Of a stretch of 64,000 nucleotides of DNA, positions 32,485 to 43,711 are shown piece by piece. This DNA is from a bacterium (GTDB taxonomy: Bacteria; SM23-31): contig OZ252239.1 of assembly GCA_965249485.1 (NCBI GenBank), forward strand, positions 3,616,001 to 3,680,000, written 5' to 3'. A program made the position numbers and the translations under genes. The stretch's first letter is position 1, and each line of letters begins with the position of its first letter. A model generated the notes under the pieces. That model did no database searches, was not told the DNA's origin, and saw only the letters and a program-made list of their open reading frames with translations.

Positions 32485-33084
32485 GTGGAGTTCAGAATGA
32501 AGTGTGAAAATATCCTTATACTAATAACTGTGATAACAGTGTTCAGCGGTTGTTCATCTTCAGACACACCGCCAGCGATACAGAGTCAACGGACCATTCC
32601 TCAGATTCAGCAGGCACCTGCTGGATATTTGTTGTTTACCGTACCTGAAGAATGGACGCCGGAACAACCTGCAAGTAGTATGCGCCTTGCACAATACAGT
32701 CTACCGGGTATTGACGGTATGGCATCTGCAGAGTTGGCAGTCTTTTCTGGTATCGGCGGAACTCCTGAAGAAAACATTGAGAGATGGTATGGCCAGTTTA
32801 CCCAGCCCAATGGTGGTAGCGTCGGAGAAAATGCTGAAATTGAAAAAATAACAGTCAATGACATTCCGGTTACTGTCATTTATTTTGCCGGAACCTTTTT
32901 AAAATCAAGAGCCCCAATGATGATGAGCGGCCCTGTCGACGAACTTCACGGATATGCCTTGCTTGCGGCGATAGCAGAGACACCATCCGGTGCGTGGCAT
33001 TTCAAGGCCACCGGACCGGAGAAGACTATCAACACATGGCGTGACAGTTTCAATGAATTTGTCCAATCCTTCTACATGCAGTAA
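32485..33084 (+). CDS. Hypothetical lipoprotein
   Basis: Lipobox-like FSGC after a hydrophobic stretch; PEEW...SSMRLAQY, GG..EENIERWYGQF, FKATGP. Confidence 0.7.
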   Translation: MEFRMKCENILILITVITVFSGCSSSDTPPAIQSQRTIPQIQQAPAGYLLFTVPEEWTPEQPASSMRLAQYSLPGIDGMASAELAVFSGIGGTPEENIERWYGQFTQPNGGSVGENAEIEKITVNDIPVTVIYFAGTFLKSRAPMMMSGPVDELHGYALLAAIAETPSGAWHFKATGPEKTINTWRDSFNEFVQSFYMQ

Positions 33085-33140
33085 TATATTTCCTGTATTG
33101 ACATTTAGTTTTTTTAGCTGTTGAATTGTCTATAACATAC

Positions 33141-33171
33141 AAAAAAGGGGCACAAATAAATGCCCCTTTTT
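33141..33171. terminator. Bidirectional Rho-independent terminator
   Basis: AAAAAAGGGGCA-loop-TGCCCCTTTTT between convergent genes. Confidence 0.85.
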
Positions 33172-33225
33172 AATTATCACAACTATTTCAGTTCATCAAA
33201 ATCAAGACACTCCTCATTCCCTACT

Positions 33226-34800
33226 TCACTTTTCCAGTGTTGGATATTCTATTCCGAGCTGCTCAAGATAGGAATCATACCTTGATGGATCAAAATAGAA
33301 TTCTTTTAGCATTGGACGATACCGATTCATCTTCTCTTCATTGAGATCAATTGCCGGCATATCGGATTCGCTAATGAGCGGAGTGTATGACCCGGCTTCA
33401 GCCTGGACTGTATTGAAGTAGTCCCAAGCCTCTTCTACCAGCTCTTCTTTCAAGAGAAAATCAAGCAGCGTCATCGCAACCACTTTTGCTCCTGCTGTTG
33501 CCCCTTTATGGGCAATCGGGGTCGCCATAGAAACTGCATTTGACCAGTGATGTCCCGGCAAGCCTGAAATGTTAGATGGAAACCGAAGTGTGACGGTAGG
33601 AACTTTCCAGGACACATCACCGATATCATCGGATCCTCCACTTTGAGGCTCTTCTATCGGTTCCGGAAGTGGTTCAATCTCTGTTTTCAGTCCCTCCTGC
33701 TCATCTGCACCCATAACTTTCTGGACAGCTTTTGCGAGTGCCTGGTCGTCATCACTCCAATCCGGGAGACCGACCTCTTCAATGTTTTCATATATTGTTT
33801 CAGCAAGCGTTTTATTAAAGTGGCGCGGCCATGCAGTCCCGAGAATGCGCAATTCGACTTCTGTATCGGTCATCATCGCAGCAGCTTGTGCCATTGTATT
33901 TCCAATTTCAAAATTTTTCTTAATGCTTTCATAATCGATTTCACGGAAGTAATACCAAACCGATGCTTCTGAGGGAACGACATTCGGCTGCGAACCTCCA
34001 TTGGTAATTACATAATGGGACCGTTGTAACGGTCTTAAATGCTCACGTCGGAAATTCCAGCCGCTGTTCATAAGTTCCACCGCATCGAGTGCACTTCTTC
34101 CTCTCCAGGGGGCACCTGCACCGTGTGCTGTCTGACCGGAAAAGGTGTACTCAACCGACACAAGTCCAGTCCCTGTTCCGGGACCGTATTGCACGCTCAT
34201 GTTATTACTTACATGGGTAAAAATGGTGAGATCAACATCTTCGAAATATCCCGCCCTGACAAAATAGGCTTTAGTTGCAACAAGTTCCTCTGCTACTCCA
34301 GGCCATAAGATGAGTGTGCCCGACATATTCTCACGTTCCATAATTTCTTTCACAACAAGTGCAGCCGTCACATTGACAGCCTGTCCCGAATTATGCCCCT
34401 CACCGTGACCCGGCGCACCTACTATCAGAGGAGATTGGTACGCTACACCTGGTTTCTGTGATGTTTCCGGAAGCCCGTCGAAATCACTGCCAATCGAGAT
34501 TACCGGTTCTCCAGATCCCCAACGTGCAAACCACGCTGTCGGTATTCCTGCGGCATTTGTTTCAATCTCAAATCCATTATTGCTAAGAATATCTGTAATA
34601 TAACGTGATGTTTCGAATTCCTGAAATCCTAGCTCACTGAAGCTGAAAATCATATCTACCATTTGTTGTGTGAATATTCTTTTGTTTTCAACGGCATCAG
34701 CAGCTTCTCGTTTCAGCTTGTTCAAATTCTGAGCAAACACTGAAACGCTCATGGCAGCTAAACAAAGAGCAATAAATAGAATACGTATACTTCTGCTCAT
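33226..34800 (-). CDS. Secreted M20 amidohydrolase (AbgB-like)
   Basis: Signal peptide; ELGFQE, GHGEGHN, AEE, GRSALDAVE, QPNVVP, GSDDIGDVSW. Confidence 0.88.
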   Translation of the reverse strand: MSRSIRILFIALCLAAMSVSVFAQNLNKLKREAADAVENKRIFTQQMVDMIFSFSELGFQEFETSRYITDILSNNGFEIETNAAGIPTAWFARWGSGEPVISIGSDFDGLPETSQKPGVAYQSPLIVGAPGHGEGHNSGQAVNVTAALVVKEIMERENMSGTLILWPGVAEELVATKAYFVRAGYFEDVDLTIFTHVSNNMSVQYGPGTGTGLVSVEYTFSGQTAHGAGAPWRGRSALDAVELMNSGWNFRREHLRPLQRSHYVITNGGSQPNVVPSEASVWYYFREIDYESIKKNFEIGNTMAQAAAMMTDTEVELRILGTAWPRHFNKTLAETIYENIEEVGLPDWSDDDQALAKAVQKVMGADEQEGLKTEIEPLPEPIEEPQSGGSDDIGDVSWKVPTVTLRFPSNISGLPGHHWSNAVSMATPIAHKGATAGAKVVAMTLLDFLLKEELVEEAWDYFNTVQAEAGSYTPLISESDMPAIDLNEEKMNRYRPMLKEFYFDPSRYDSYLEQLGIEYPTLEK

Positions 34801-35082
34801 AACAGCTCCTCCTGTATAAATTATGTATGATCTGATAATTGTATATTGAAATTATATTAATTTTCTTTTCATGGAAAAAACGATATTGAGTACACGTAAT
34901 CATGCTCTACAGACTGCTGATCCGTGCTGTGTTGTTAAATTGGTGCATTGAGGAAAGAGTAATATAGAAAATGATTTGATTATCTCAAATATTTATTTGT
35001 TCAATTCGGGAAAATGCAAGTAGGAATGCAATGATCCAAGTTATGTGAATAGCAATAAAAATATTGGTGTTATGTTGTGATG

Positions 35083-36205
35083 TTATTTAATATAGTCAAG
35101 TTTTCCCAGAACATAAAAGGTTTGATAATAGCCGGCACTGTTGTTTTCCAGAAATGTGTGAATCCATTGGAGACGTGTCTTCTGATCATAGCCACCGCCG
35201 TCATGTGTCCATCTGATAAAAACAGACTGGTCTGTAATCGGCAGCTGTTTTACATTGGCCATCCAGCCATACCATTTAAAAGAATTTCGCAATAAATACT
35301 GCTCGACATTAGACGTATAGAACGAACTAACCGTAAGAAAACGCTCTCTCAGGAATTCTGATATTTTGTGGAGTGTCCAGCTTCCGGCAAAATCGCCGGT
35401 GACCGGAATGATTCTGTTCTTTTTATGGAGATATCTCAGAAACTTGTAATCATCGTTACTATTAAAGGGATTTTGGTGTATCCCGCCTTCTGATCTCATG
35501 CGGAGTACTTGACCCAAAGATCGGATACCATGACCTTTTTGAACCGTTGTAAGTTATATCGATATTGTATTGATAGAAGTTTTCGAGAACTTTTCTGAGA
35601 GCATTTTTATCCCTCTCTGTCAGAGTAAAACCATACGTATTAGATAATCGGCTTTCAATTTTAGACCGTGTTGTTGTAAGCATCTGTCGGTCGGATTGTG
35701 CCGTAGAAAAAAACTCTATGATCAACTCGATATTATTATCTTTATTAAGATCAGAGGATGAGTCAAGCGGCTTAGAAAAGAGCAGAGACAAGAATTCAGC
35801 ACGGGTATCAGCCAGTTCGAAGAGCACCTTATAGACAAGGTGTTGCATAGTATTTTGATGCCTGATATCGACAATAAACGCTAATTGGGGTTTTATTGCA
35901 GATATATACACGAAGTTCTGATTGGGTCCGACACCGAGGTAAACACCTCCATTCACTAAATTCTTCTCGATTGACGGCAGCACATTGAGATAAGTCAATT
36001 CATTCGATATCCAATTATCACTCGGAAAATATCCGCCATATTCTGAAAATGTTGTCACAATTTTTGAAAATTCCTTGTCAGATATGTCAGGAAAGGTCTG
36101 AGCAGTTACAGGAACTGTATAAGATATGGTGATCAACCAGAATATGAAAATGAATCGCACAAACATAGATAAGGTATTGTTGGACGTATTCATTGTTTGA
36201 GTCAT
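35083..36205 (-). pseudogene. Exported hypothetical protein split by a frameshift
   Basis: ORFs 35462-36205 (SE.GGYF.SDN..SNE, GGVYLGVGP.QNF) and 35083-35517 (PV.GDFAG, FY.SNVEQYL) join by removing one base near 35517-35520. Confidence 0.7.
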
Positions 36206-36340
36206 AACGCTTATACTCCTTACATATCATTCCCAACTTACCGATTAAATCATTATTTCATTTTCGGTGTAGCCTTCTTTTTACTCCTCTTTATTGCAAC
36301 AATTGTATTGATTTAAATTATCCCAAAATGTTATAAGTTT

Positions 36341-37384
36341 TTATGATTCCAGATCTGTTCTTATTTTCGGGGTTTTGGGTGGTGCTTCACCCTTCAAGGA
36401 AGCAACAATACGATCGACATGAATGTGGCAGTTCTCAATAAAGAGCCGGTAGGATTTCTGTGTCCCAGCCGCGGCTGTTCCAGCTACGTAGAGACCGGGC
36501 ACCGAAGTTTCCATTGTTCTCCTGTTAAATTCAGGAACATCCCACGGATTTTTCAGTTTTGCACCCACCTTTCTGAACAAGTGCATGTCAGCTTTATAAC
36601 CGGTAAGCAGTAAAACAAAGTCAGCAGTGGTTGTTTTTGTTCTACCACTTTTGAGGCTCTTGAGTGTTACCGTTTCGTCACGTATTTCGACAGGTACGGT
36701 CTCTTTAAAGAGAGTTATTTTCTTTTGCCTGATGAGACTTTCCAACTCCGGTAGTAACCAATATTTGACATGTTTTGGATTGAATTCATCACCACGATAG
36801 CTTATGGAAACTGAAGCTCCACAGTGATAGCACCGTAGTGCTGCTTCAACTGCGGAGTTCTTGCCTCCCACGACAAGTACGAGCTGATTAAAATATTTAT
36901 GCGGATCGTCAAAAAAATGAGAGACATGTGGCAGATTTTCACCAGGAATGTTGAGCAGCTTCGGTTCGTGCATGTCTCCGATAACAAGCACCACCTTTTT
37001 TGCTCTATAACGATACTTTTTCTTTTTACGTGTTGTTATGAGGAGAAATCTATTATCACTGTTTTTTTCTATGGAATCAACCGATTCGTATGTCCGGATT
37101 TCCAGTCCGAATTGCTGCACTACCGAACGCAGATATGCAAGATACTCTTCCTTTGTACATTTGGACTGATCAACCCGGGGTATCGGTATTCCGGGAATGG
37201 CAATTCTGTCTGCAGAACTGAAAAATCGCATAAAACGTGGAAACCAACTGATAGTCTGTGCAATTTGCCCTTTGTCAAACTGAATATAATCAATCTTTTC
37301 TTTCTTGAATGCACGTGCGAGTTCAATTCCAATTGGCCCTGCACCTACTACCGCAACATCAGTTGACGTCGGTCTAATTGTCAC
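36341..37384 (-). CDS. YpdA-like FAD/NADPH oxidoreductase (putative bacillithiol disulfide reductase)
   Basis: GAGPIG, FFS...I.I, EYL.YL, L.IPGE.LPHVSH, VGGKNSA, VKYW, FIEN...H; GTG start at 37384 with GGAG RBS. Confidence 0.8.
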   Translation of the reverse strand: MTIRPTSTDVAVVGAGPIGIELARAFKKEKIDYIQFDKGQIAQTISWFPRFMRFFSSADRIAIPGIPIPRVDQSKCTKEEYLAYLRSVVQQFGLEIRTYESVDSIEKNSDNRFLLITTRKKKKYRYRAKKVVLVIGDMHEPKLLNIPGENLPHVSHFFDDPHKYFNQLVLVVGGKNSAVEAALRCYHCGASVSISYRGDEFNPKHVKYWLLPELESLIRQKKITLFKETVPVEIRDETVTLKSLKSGRTKTTTADFVLLLTGYKADMHLFRKVGAKLKNPWDVPEFNRRTMETSVPGLYVAGTAAAGTQKSYRLFIENCHIHVDRIVASLKGEAPPKTPKIRTDLES

Positions 37385-37469
37385 TTCTCCCCAATAAAAC
37401 AGCAATAATAATTTTTCATCATTACCTTCAATAATGAAAAATGCATAAATTGTCATTCGAATTCAAGGC

Positions 37470-37508
37470 AAAAAAAGACCGGTTAAAAAAGTAATCGTTT
37501 AACCGGCT
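37470..37508 (-). terminator. Rho-independent terminator closing the phosphonate operon
   Basis: Minus strand GCCGGTTAAA...TTTAACCGGT followed by CTTTTTTT, just after the PEP mutase stop. Confidence 0.75.
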
Positions 37509-37546
37509 GATTCAAAAGGATTTCAATACTATGAAGAAGAATTGAA

Positions 37547-38839
37547 TTATCCCGGAATAAGATTGAGAATCTCTTTTATCGGCATGCATAAATCGTTCGC
37601 TTCATAAGAACGTTCATGTTCCAATATCGATTCTGCTGTTTTAATCATAGCCGGATAGGCGCTGCGAAGAAGGTGGTTTGCATAGATGACTATGTTCGCG
37701 CCAGCAGATGATAATTCCGACTCGGTAATAGAATTATACGTTGAAGGAACCGCTACTAACGGGACGCGATTTTCAAACTTCTTGTATTCGTCGCAAAATT
37801 CGAGAACCTCTTGTGGAGACTTTTCCTTGCTGTGAATCATGATCCCATCCGCACCTGCTTCAATAAATGCGTGAGCCCTTTTAAGAGCATCCTGCAAGCC
37901 GGCTTTTAGAATAAGACTCTCAATACGAGCAATTATCATGAAATCGTTTGTTACCTGGGCACGTTTTCCTTCGGAAATTTTACTCGAAAAATTATCAATT
38001 GAATCTTGCGTTTGTTCAACTTCTGTACCGAACAGTGAATTTCTCTTCAAGCCAATTTTGTCTTCAATAATCACAGCAGAAACTCCCAATCGTTCCAACG
38101 TGCGTACCATGAGGATAAAATGTTCAACATATCCGCCACTGTCTCCGTCATATATGATCGGCTTTGTTGAAACTTCCAATATTTGGTTCACTACATTTAA
38201 TCTGCTTGTAAAATCTCCGAACTCAATATCAGCTTTACCTTTTGCGGTTGAATCTGTCAAACTGCTGATCCACATACCATCGAATTCTTTAATTTTGTCA
38301 TCTTTTGTGACTTTTGTATGTTCCACTATTAATCCGGTCAGCCCGTTATGTGCTTCTAATATTCTGGTAACCGGTTTTACTTCTATCATTCTCCGAAGCT
38401 GTCTCATCCTTACTTCTGGTGTTGTACCAATCTCGCGTACAGCTTCCTGAAGTATTTTGGAAGACACACCCTTTGTATAGGATGGCTCTACCAGTTCTCC
38501 ACCCCATTCCTTGAGCACTTCAATTACTCGTTCTCTGGTTTTACTCATAAAACCAGTTTTCCAGTCATCGCCATGCACAACATAATCTGGCTTCATTTTC
38601 CTTAGGTTATCATCATAATCAAAAGTCTCCTGCGGTACAACGTGAGCAACACCTTTGATATTTTCGACAATTATTCTTCGCTGATCGTATGTCAAAAGAG
38701 GAAATCTGTAATGTGAGGCAATCGCTTTATCAGTTAATAAGCCAATCGTAACCTCACCTAACTTTCGAGCTTCCTGTATTATGTTTAAATGACCATGGTG
38801 TAACAAATCAGCACTAATTGCTACATAGACTTTTTTCAA
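37547..38839 (-). CDS. pepM: Cytidylyltransferase-phosphoenolpyruvate mutase fusion (Fom1/AepX architecture), intact
   Basis: N-terminal HxGH CT domain (DLLHHGH, VVHGDDW); PepM motifs [21 protein letters not shown] (EDKx5NS), ARIESL, IHS, YANHLLR. Confidence 0.95.
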   Translation of the reverse strand: MKKVYVAISADLLHHGHLNIIQEARKLGEVTIGLLTDKAIASHYRFPLLTYDQRRIIVENIKGVAHVVPQETFDYDDNLRKMKPDYVVHGDDWKTGFMSKTRERVIEVLKEWGGELVEPSYTKGVSSKILQEAVREIGTTPEVRMRQLRRMIEVKPVTRILEAHNGLTGLIVEHTKVTKDDKIKEFDGMWISSLTDSTAKGKADIEFGDFTSRLNVVNQILEVSTKPIIYDGDSGGYVEHFILMVRTLERLGVSAVIIEDKIGLKRNSLFGTEVEQTQDSIDNFSSKISEGKRAQVTNDFMIIARIESLILKAGLQDALKRAHAFIEAGADGIMIHSKEKSPQEVLEFCDEYKKFENRVPLVAVPSTYNSITESELSSAGANIVIYANHLLRSAYPAMIKTAESILEHERSYEANDLCMPIKEILNLIPG

Positions 38840-38890
38840 TGTGAAACTCCAATAATATTAGAATGTCATTGAGACAAATTAAAGAACGAT

Positions 38891-39613
38891 TTAATAATAC
38901 CACATTTTATTATTATTATAAATACGCAATACACTGAACAGAGTTTTCATCCACTGTACATTTCGCATTGTTGTGATTAAAATCATGGAAAAAACAGCGG
39001 ATTAATTCCTGTTAAATTATATAATGGTTTATAGAATATAAGACAAAAAACTATAAAACTGATTATATCACAGGAAAAATACTGTGATATTTTTTAGTAT
39101 TTTGTTTTTGTGTTTATGATTATCTTCATTTTATTTGTGCAGTTTTATCGCCCTCACTCAAAAGTATTTTATTCTCTTCTTGGAGAACCTTACTAAAATA
39201 TACACCAAAGATATTTAAAAATAATATTGGCCAGACATAAATATTTTGCTCAACTTTATAGATAGCTATTGTGATAAAAAATCCGAACAGTGTAAATTCA
39301 TAGAAAAGCATAGTATCAAAGACTTTTTTAAGCCAATAACCAATTGGTGTGCCTTTATCTCTAATCCTGGCAAGAGAGCCATCAAGACAATCTAAAAAAT
39401 GTTGTATTTCATTTATAACTCCAGCAATTATAAAACTTATATAGTTTGCCCGGAATATTAGATAAAATATCGTCAAAGCAAAAACTGTCTAAAAATTGTA
39501 ATCTGATTGGGAGTTATCCGGGAATTTTTCATTAAAAGAGCAACTTTTCTTGCCGATCTTTCAAAAATATCCTTTCTTTCATCAGGAGAACCAAATATTA
39601 CCGGAAATCGCAT
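38891..39613 (-). pseudogene. CDP-alcohol phosphotransferase copy 2, multiply disrupted
   Basis: Starts MRFPVIFGSP at ATG 39613 (TAATG overlap with the flippase); frameshift at T5 39480-39484; DCLDGSLAR motif; further shifts and a TGA in the 3' part; aligns by eye to 43712-44419. Confidence 0.82.
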
Positions 39614-41064
39614 TATTGTTTTTCTCCAATTAATTCAGCAAGTACTACTCTGTCATTATGGTCAAATCCTTTTAGGAGCAATAAAATTAATGTAAATAAT
39701 AAAAGTCCGAATATGATTGTTATATAATAAGAAAAAGACATCCCAAAAATCACAATCAGTATTCCAGAGGATGCCACAATCGGTTTAATCATATTTTTGA
39801 ATGCCGTTATAATAAGTAATCTTATATCAGAAATGAATATCCCGGTAATGATAATTGAAATGTACGAAAATACTACTGCTAATGATGCTCCAATGATTCC
39901 AAACGCTGGAATAAGTAAGATATTTAGTAAAATAAACAAACTCCCGCTTATTAATTCTAATACTAATGGGTACATTTGTTTATCGCTTGCTATTAAAGTT
40001 GAGTTTAAAAATACAGATACAAAAATAAATACAAGTGAAAACATCAATATCTGCGCAGGGATAACGGCCATAATATATTGCTCTTTAAAAAGGAACACAA
40101 TTATATTTTCCATATATACGTAAAAATATATCATAATGGGAATTGCAAGTATAGTTAAATATTTTATGGAAAGACCAAAGACATTCATAAATACATCACG
40201 ATTTTCAATGTATTTTTTAGCAAGAACAGGTGCCAATGTAATATTAAGAATAGCAGGGATAACGGTGAATACTGCTGGGATTCTCCATGCAACAGAAAAA
40301 AGTGCAACCTGATCCGAAGTCATATAAAATTCGATGATCAGAACAGCAACATTTAACTTGATTATATAAAAAACGGCACTTAACAAAATTGGAAATGATT
40401 TCTTGAGGAGATTAAGGAATTCCGTTATATTAATACTGAAGCGGGGCCGTGGAAATAACTTTAAATAGAAAAGAGCAATACATATAAAACCCGGTAGGTC
40501 ACAAAGTCCCACAGCCAGAATTAAATAATAAAATGAGCTATTACTTGTAAAAATAATCCATATTGAAGCAAGAAATATCAATCTGCCAAGAATGTTGAAT
40601 AAGACTATATACATTATCTTAAAATTAACAACATACATTATTTCCCATATTTTTCTAAATGATTTGATTTTTGCAGAAAATAAAATAAAAGGTGTGGCGA
40701 TTAAGATTAGTCTGGTAGTTTCGGAAGTGTAACCAAACTGAGAATGTAACAAAAGAAATATGCTATAAGAAATGATAATTAGTATGATACTGAAAAGTCC
40801 AGCAAATGTGAGACAAATACCCATTAATTGTGAGGATAAAGAAGTGTTTCGTGCAATTTCTCGCTGAATAATACTCGTCATACCAAAATCAGCAAAAACA
40901 GCAAATAATGTAAGATAAGCGATAATGAAATTATACTGACCGAATTGATCTTGTGAAAGGAAACGACTCAACCAAATAAATATATAAAGCTCAATTATTC
41001 GTGTAATAATGCTTTCAGAGAGAAAAAGAAGGGAATTTTTTGCTGCAACTCTAACATGAGCCAT
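39613..41064 (-). CDS. Wzx-type oligosaccharide flippase (MOP superfamily)
   Basis: Many TM helices; AAKNS, FGQY, DFG, LNILLIP.FGIIGAS. Confidence 0.88.
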   Translation of the reverse strand: MAHVRVAAKNSLLFLSESIITRIIELYIFIWLSRFLSQDQFGQYNFIIAYLTLFAVFADFGMTSIIQREIARNTSLSSQLMGICLTFAGLFSIILIIISYSIFLLLHSQFGYTSETTRLILIATPFILFSAKIKSFRKIWEIMYVVNFKIMYIVLFNILGRLIFLASIWIIFTSNSSFYYLILAVGLCDLPGFICIALFYLKLFPRPRFSINITEFLNLLKKSFPILLSAVFYIIKLNVAVLIIEFYMTSDQVALFSVAWRIPAVFTVIPAILNITLAPVLAKKYIENRDVFMNVFGLSIKYLTILAIPIMIYFYVYMENIIVFLFKEQYIMAVIPAQILMFSLVFIFVSVFLNSTLIASDKQMYPLVLELISGSLFILLNILLIPAFGIIGASLAVVFSYISIIITGIFISDIRLLIITAFKNMIKPIVASSGILIVIFGMSFSYYITIIFGLLLFTLILLLLKGFDHNDRVVLAELIGEKQ

Positions 41065-41184
41065 AATATAAATCTATAAATTTATTGATTAATATTGACA
41101 TAATTGTGTTCAGCAATTTGAATTTAGTTAATAATTTGCTATTTCAAGAAATTAGTTTCAAATTATATGAAAAATAATTGTTAG

Positions 41185-42321
41185 TTACATTATATCTAAT
41201 AATAGTGTTTTTATTTTTTTCTTTGTTATTATTCTTGGATTATTCTTCAACCTTTGCGTATTAATGTTCTTAGCAATTTTTTCAATGTCATAATTAGAAC
41301 GTATTCCAAGTTCAGTCAGTTTTGTAGACAATCCGATATTACACATCATTTTTTTTATTTTAATCTTTATATCACTAACCCCGGTAATATCCATTAAAGT
41401 ACTCAGTTCTTTAATAACACTTTTTACATATTCTACGCCTCGAGCATCAATAACATCTTGGGATGACACATTACTATTGTAAATAAATATTGGAGTTAAA
41501 GTAAGTGCCACTGCATGTCCATGCGGAATATTATAGTATGAGGTCATAGGATAGGAAATAGCATGTAGTGCAGTTGTTTTAGTAATATTGATTGCTTTTC
41601 CCGAAAGGTGAGATGCATTTAACATCACTTCAGCGGTATCCCTCGTAGGATTGTTTACCGCGCATTCAATTGTCCCTAAAATCTGTTTAATTGCTTGTTT
41701 AGAATAAATTTTTGATTCATCAGTTGAATGTATACTCCAATATGATTCAATAGCTTGGCAAAGAGCATCCATACCAGAAGCAGCCGCAACTTGTTTAGGC
41801 ATATTAACACAAAACTGGGGATCTAATAGGGCAACATCAGGCTGAATACATTCATGCATAATTGAGTATTTTTTATACCCATCATATATAACTGCAAAGT
41901 GTGTTGATTCACTACCAGAACCCGAAGTAGTTGGTATTGCTATAATAGGAACTTTTTTTTTTATAATCTTTTTATTAGATCGGATAAAATCTTGCACTCC
42001 TAAAGATTGTACAGCAAGCACACTAATCAACTTTGCCATATCTATCACACTACCACCACCGATAGCAACGATTATATCCTGATTATCTTTTTTAAAAAGT
42101 GTTACTCCTCTTTGCACATCTTCAATTTTTGGATTAATTTCAAAATCAAAAAACTTATGAACGATGTAAGAATTTAATACTTTACTTACAACTTTTTCAG
42201 CACCGCTACTTTTAAATGAATTGTTTCCAGTAACAAGAAAAACATTTTTGCACTTAAAGGATTCAAGTATACTTTTCAAATGTATAATACTATTATATCC
42301 TGAGATTTCTGTTTGATTCAT
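41185..42321 (-). CDS. Phosphonoacetaldehyde reductase (group III Fe-ADH, PhpC/FomC-like)
   Basis: GGGSVIDMAK, PTTSGSGSE.T, DALCQAIESYWS, TTA.HA.SYP, PHGHAVA; adjacent to pepM. Confidence 0.85.
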   Translation of the reverse strand: MNQTEISGYNSIIHLKSILESFKCKNVFLVTGNNSFKSSGAEKVVSKVLNSYIVHKFFDFEINPKIEDVQRGVTLFKKDNQDIIVAIGGGSVIDMAKLISVLAVQSLGVQDFIRSNKKIIKKKVPIIAIPTTSGSGSESTHFAVIYDGYKKYSIMHECIQPDVALLDPQFCVNMPKQVAAASGMDALCQAIESYWSIHSTDESKIYSKQAIKQILGTIECAVNNPTRDTAEVMLNASHLSGKAINITKTTALHAISYPMTSYYNIPHGHAVALTLTPIFIYNSNVSSQDVIDARGVEYVKSVIKELSTLMDITGVSDIKIKIKKMMCNIGLSTKLTELGIRSNYDIEKIAKNINTQRLKNNPRIITKKKIKTLLLDIM

Positions 42322-42372
42322 CCGCGCTAACTCTTACATATATTATTAATAATTTAAGGAATTGTATATTAA

Positions 42373-43219
42373 TTAAGCATATAACTTGAGGAGATCATTA
42401 ATTGAAATACACTTTTTTTCTGCTTCCAAAGATCGTCCATTAAGAAGAATTGTTTCAGCAGTTTTTTTCATGATTGGATATGCACTTCTAAGAAGTTGAT
42501 TTGCATATATAACAATATTCACTCCTAATTCTTTTAATGCAGTTTCTGTTAGATTGTTATATTTTGTAGAAATTGCGACAAGGGGAACCCGTTTTTCAAT
42601 TTGAGAATATTCCTGATAAAATGAGAGGATTTGCTGAGGAGTTTTTTCATTACTGTGGATCATGATTCCATCTGCACCAGCCTCGATATAAGCATGTGCT
42701 CTTTTCAAAGCACCGTTTAAATCAGATCCGTGAATTAGACTTTCAATTCGACCAATAATCATAAAATCATTTGTGATCTGAGCTTGTTTCCCTTGAGATA
42801 TTTTATAATGAAAAACTTTCAATAGAATCTTGAGTTTTTTTAAAGCCAGATTTCATTAATGAATTCTTTTTTAAAACTATTTGGTCATCAATTATGACTG
42901 CTGTAACACCCATTCGTTCTAAAGTTTTTACTATATGAACAAATTGTTCTGGATGGACACCCCTATCTCCTTCAAAAATTGTCGGTTTTGTAGACGCTTT
43001 TAAAATTTGATTGGTAGTTTCAATTCTTGAAGAAAAATCGACATGCTCAAAATCTACTTTACCTTTTGAAAGACAGACAGTTTGGTTGCTAATCCAAATT
43101 CCATCAAATTCCTTAATAATATTATCAACTGTTACTCTGGTGTTTTCAACGATTAATCCTGAAATGCCGTTATGAGCTTCTAATATTCGCACAAATTTAT
43201 TGGTCTGGAGTATTTTCCT
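42373..43219 (-). pseudogene. Degenerate PEP mutase domain of a second CT-PepM fusion
   Basis: In frame after TAA 43220-43222; frameshift at T5 42811-42815; motifs altered (FEGDRG, DDQIVLKKNS). Confidence 0.85.
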
Positions 43220-43663
43220 TTATTTTTTTACTTTAGGGTTTTGTGGGATACCTAACACTCTTATTTTTTCATTCAGCAGTGTCGAGGATATTCCAGGAGT
43301 ATATGGTATCTCAACTAATTCCCCATTCCACTCTTTTAAAGTATGTATAACTCGTGCTCTAATTTCTTTCTGTACTCCAGTTTTCCAATCATCGCCATGG
43401 ACAACATAGTCGGGTTTCATTTTTCTTATATTCGGAATATAATCAAGCGTTTTCTGGGGTAGAACGTTTATAACTCCTTTGATACTTTGAATAACTGTTT
43501 TTCTTTGTTCATATGACATATAAGGCAATCGTTTGTAACCTGCAATCGCTTCATCAGTCAACAATCCTATTGTTACTTCTCCCAATTTTCGAGCATGATT
43601 GATAATATTTATATGTCCGGGATGAATGAGATCAGCACTCATTCCAACGTAAACTTTCTTCAT
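43220..43663 (-). CDS. HxGH cytidylyltransferase (N-terminal domain of the second fusion, now standalone)
   Basis: DLIHPGH, YKRLP, VVHGDDW, ISST. Confidence 0.88.
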   Translation of the reverse strand: MKKVYVGMSADLIHPGHINIINHARKLGEVTIGLLTDEAIAGYKRLPYMSYEQRKTVIQSIKGVINVLPQKTLDYIPNIRKMKPDYVVHGDDWKTGVQKEIRARVIHTLKEWNGELVEIPYTPGISSTLLNEKIRVLGIPQNPKVKK

Positions 43664-43711
43664 TCGAATTTTCTGTGATTATTGAATAATGTGTTTAAAT
43701 TATATTTATAA

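Noticed and set aside
677..38450. Numerous short antisense or overlapping ORFs inside dcw, suf and pepM genes
   Set aside because: They have no recognisable motifs and lie within well-supported genes.
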